Shown here: piece after piece, positions 62,920-64,000 of the stretch
Layout of the letters: every line of letters begins with the position of its first letter
Numbering within the stretch: position 1 is the first letter of the stretch
Source of the DNA: Chiloscyllium plagiosum
Lineage: Eukaryota
DNA: 64,000 bases
Direction: 5' to 3'
Assembly (NCBI RefSeq): GCF_004010195.1
Contig: NC_057755.1
Location: 957,023 to 1,021,022, forward strand
Position numbers and translations under genes: made by a program
Notes under the pieces: generated by a model
Told to the model about the DNA's origin: nothing
Seen by the model: only the letters and a program-made list of their open reading frames with translations
Database searches by the model: none

Positions 62920-64000
62920 CACCCTTCGTAGAGTGATGAGCTCTTCCTGACAGATGTCGGAGATTCGGGAGAGTTTCCAAGTGACTGATGATTAAGTATG
63001 TTTGCCTTCGAATCCTATCAAATCACATTGATTAGAGCAGAGGGGTAGAGACAATGGGGAACGTAAAGGAGCTGGAGTGTGTAATGAATAGCAGGTACAG
63101 AAAGCGAGAAAAGTCGAGATACCGTTAGGCTGCATCCAGGAAAGGTAGGGGAGGAGGCGGGTAGTGCAGGAGTCTGCTGTAGATAGCACTGTCTAAAATA
63201 AATATTTTTTTTTTGAAAATGTAGGGGAAGATAGACTCTCAAGGGAATGTAGTACAAAAACAGCCAAGTTTCTGGTACGAGTCAGACTCCAATGTAACGA
63301 GGGGTATGTCAGGTTCTAAATAACCAGTTGTGTTCGTTAACTGTCTAGTCAGATGCACAGACAGATATTTCTGCAACCAACAGCGAGAAATCAGAATGGA
63401 GTGTCTCTTCGTGGTGCAGGGGGCAAGGATATCTCAGAGAGAACGTAGAAAATTCTGAGGTGGGAGTGGGACCAGCCGTAAGTCATTGAATAAATTGGAA
63501 CTAACGTTACTGGAAGGGAAAAGGATGAGATTCTGAAGGGAGAACACAGAAGGTTCAGTAATTCAAAGGGATGTCTTCTGGGGTAGTAATGCAGTACATG
63601 GAATATTGGAATCTCTTCTGGGGAAGAATTGGCCTGTATGAGATGGACTGAATGCACCTGAATTGGAAAGGGACTAATTTACTGTGAGGAAGATTAACCA
63701 AAACTGCTCAGGATCATTCCAGCCAGTGAGTTCGGAATGAGGGGCATGGACTTGGATGGGAGAAGGGAGGTTTAGTGGTGGCGGGGATCCAGGGAGATAG
63801 TGAGGAAAGAGATCAGTCTGAGACTGTTACCATTTGGAAAAGGAGAAAGTCAAACACTCAGGGCAGGCAGGAACAAAACAGAGGATGAGGTATTACAGAT
63901 ACATTAAATTGTATTTACTTCCATATAATATGCGGAACAGGGAAGTCTGATGAACTGAGGGCGTGGTTCTGAGCATGGGACTGCGATGTCACAGCAATTA
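62920..64000 (+). mobile_element. Decayed CR1 ORF1 (esterase) and start of ORF2, running off the window
   Basis: Remnants of the GDSL-like block, TDRYFCNQQREIRM..GARGKDISER..IGTN, then LNCIYF..GKSDELRAW..WDCDVTAI. Confidence 0.72.

Overview
Repeat-rich vertebrate DNA, most likely from a cartilaginous fish (shark). This assignment is inferred from the CR1/HER1-type LINEs, HE1-like and Deu/Sac-like SINEs and Penelope-like elements. The window is an old segmentally duplicated cluster of two-exon, GPR139-like class A GPCR genes, and every copy visible here is disabled. Two minus-strand pseudogenes have both exons (exon 2/exon 1 at 6037-6882/10099-10165 and 18816-19681/30184-30249). An inverted plus-strand copy keeps only exon 1 with a mutated donor (49704-49770), and a fourth copy begins mid-exon 1 at about 53051. 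The duplicated units share flanking fossils (Rex1/Babar, Tx1-like, LTR and CA/GA-rich blocks), which lets later insertions be ordered against empty sites. Later insertions include many CR1 LINEs, a solo LTR, a Tc2-like DNA element and several Penelope-like elements. The Penelope-like elements carry minimal hammerhead ribozyme motifs, and two of them are short TSD-flanked hairpin inserts. A 45-bp minisatellite of about 30 units is built from the CR1 3' tail motif. No intact host gene, tRNA/rRNA or CRISPR array is supported. All family calls come from motif recognition by eye; no database search was run.
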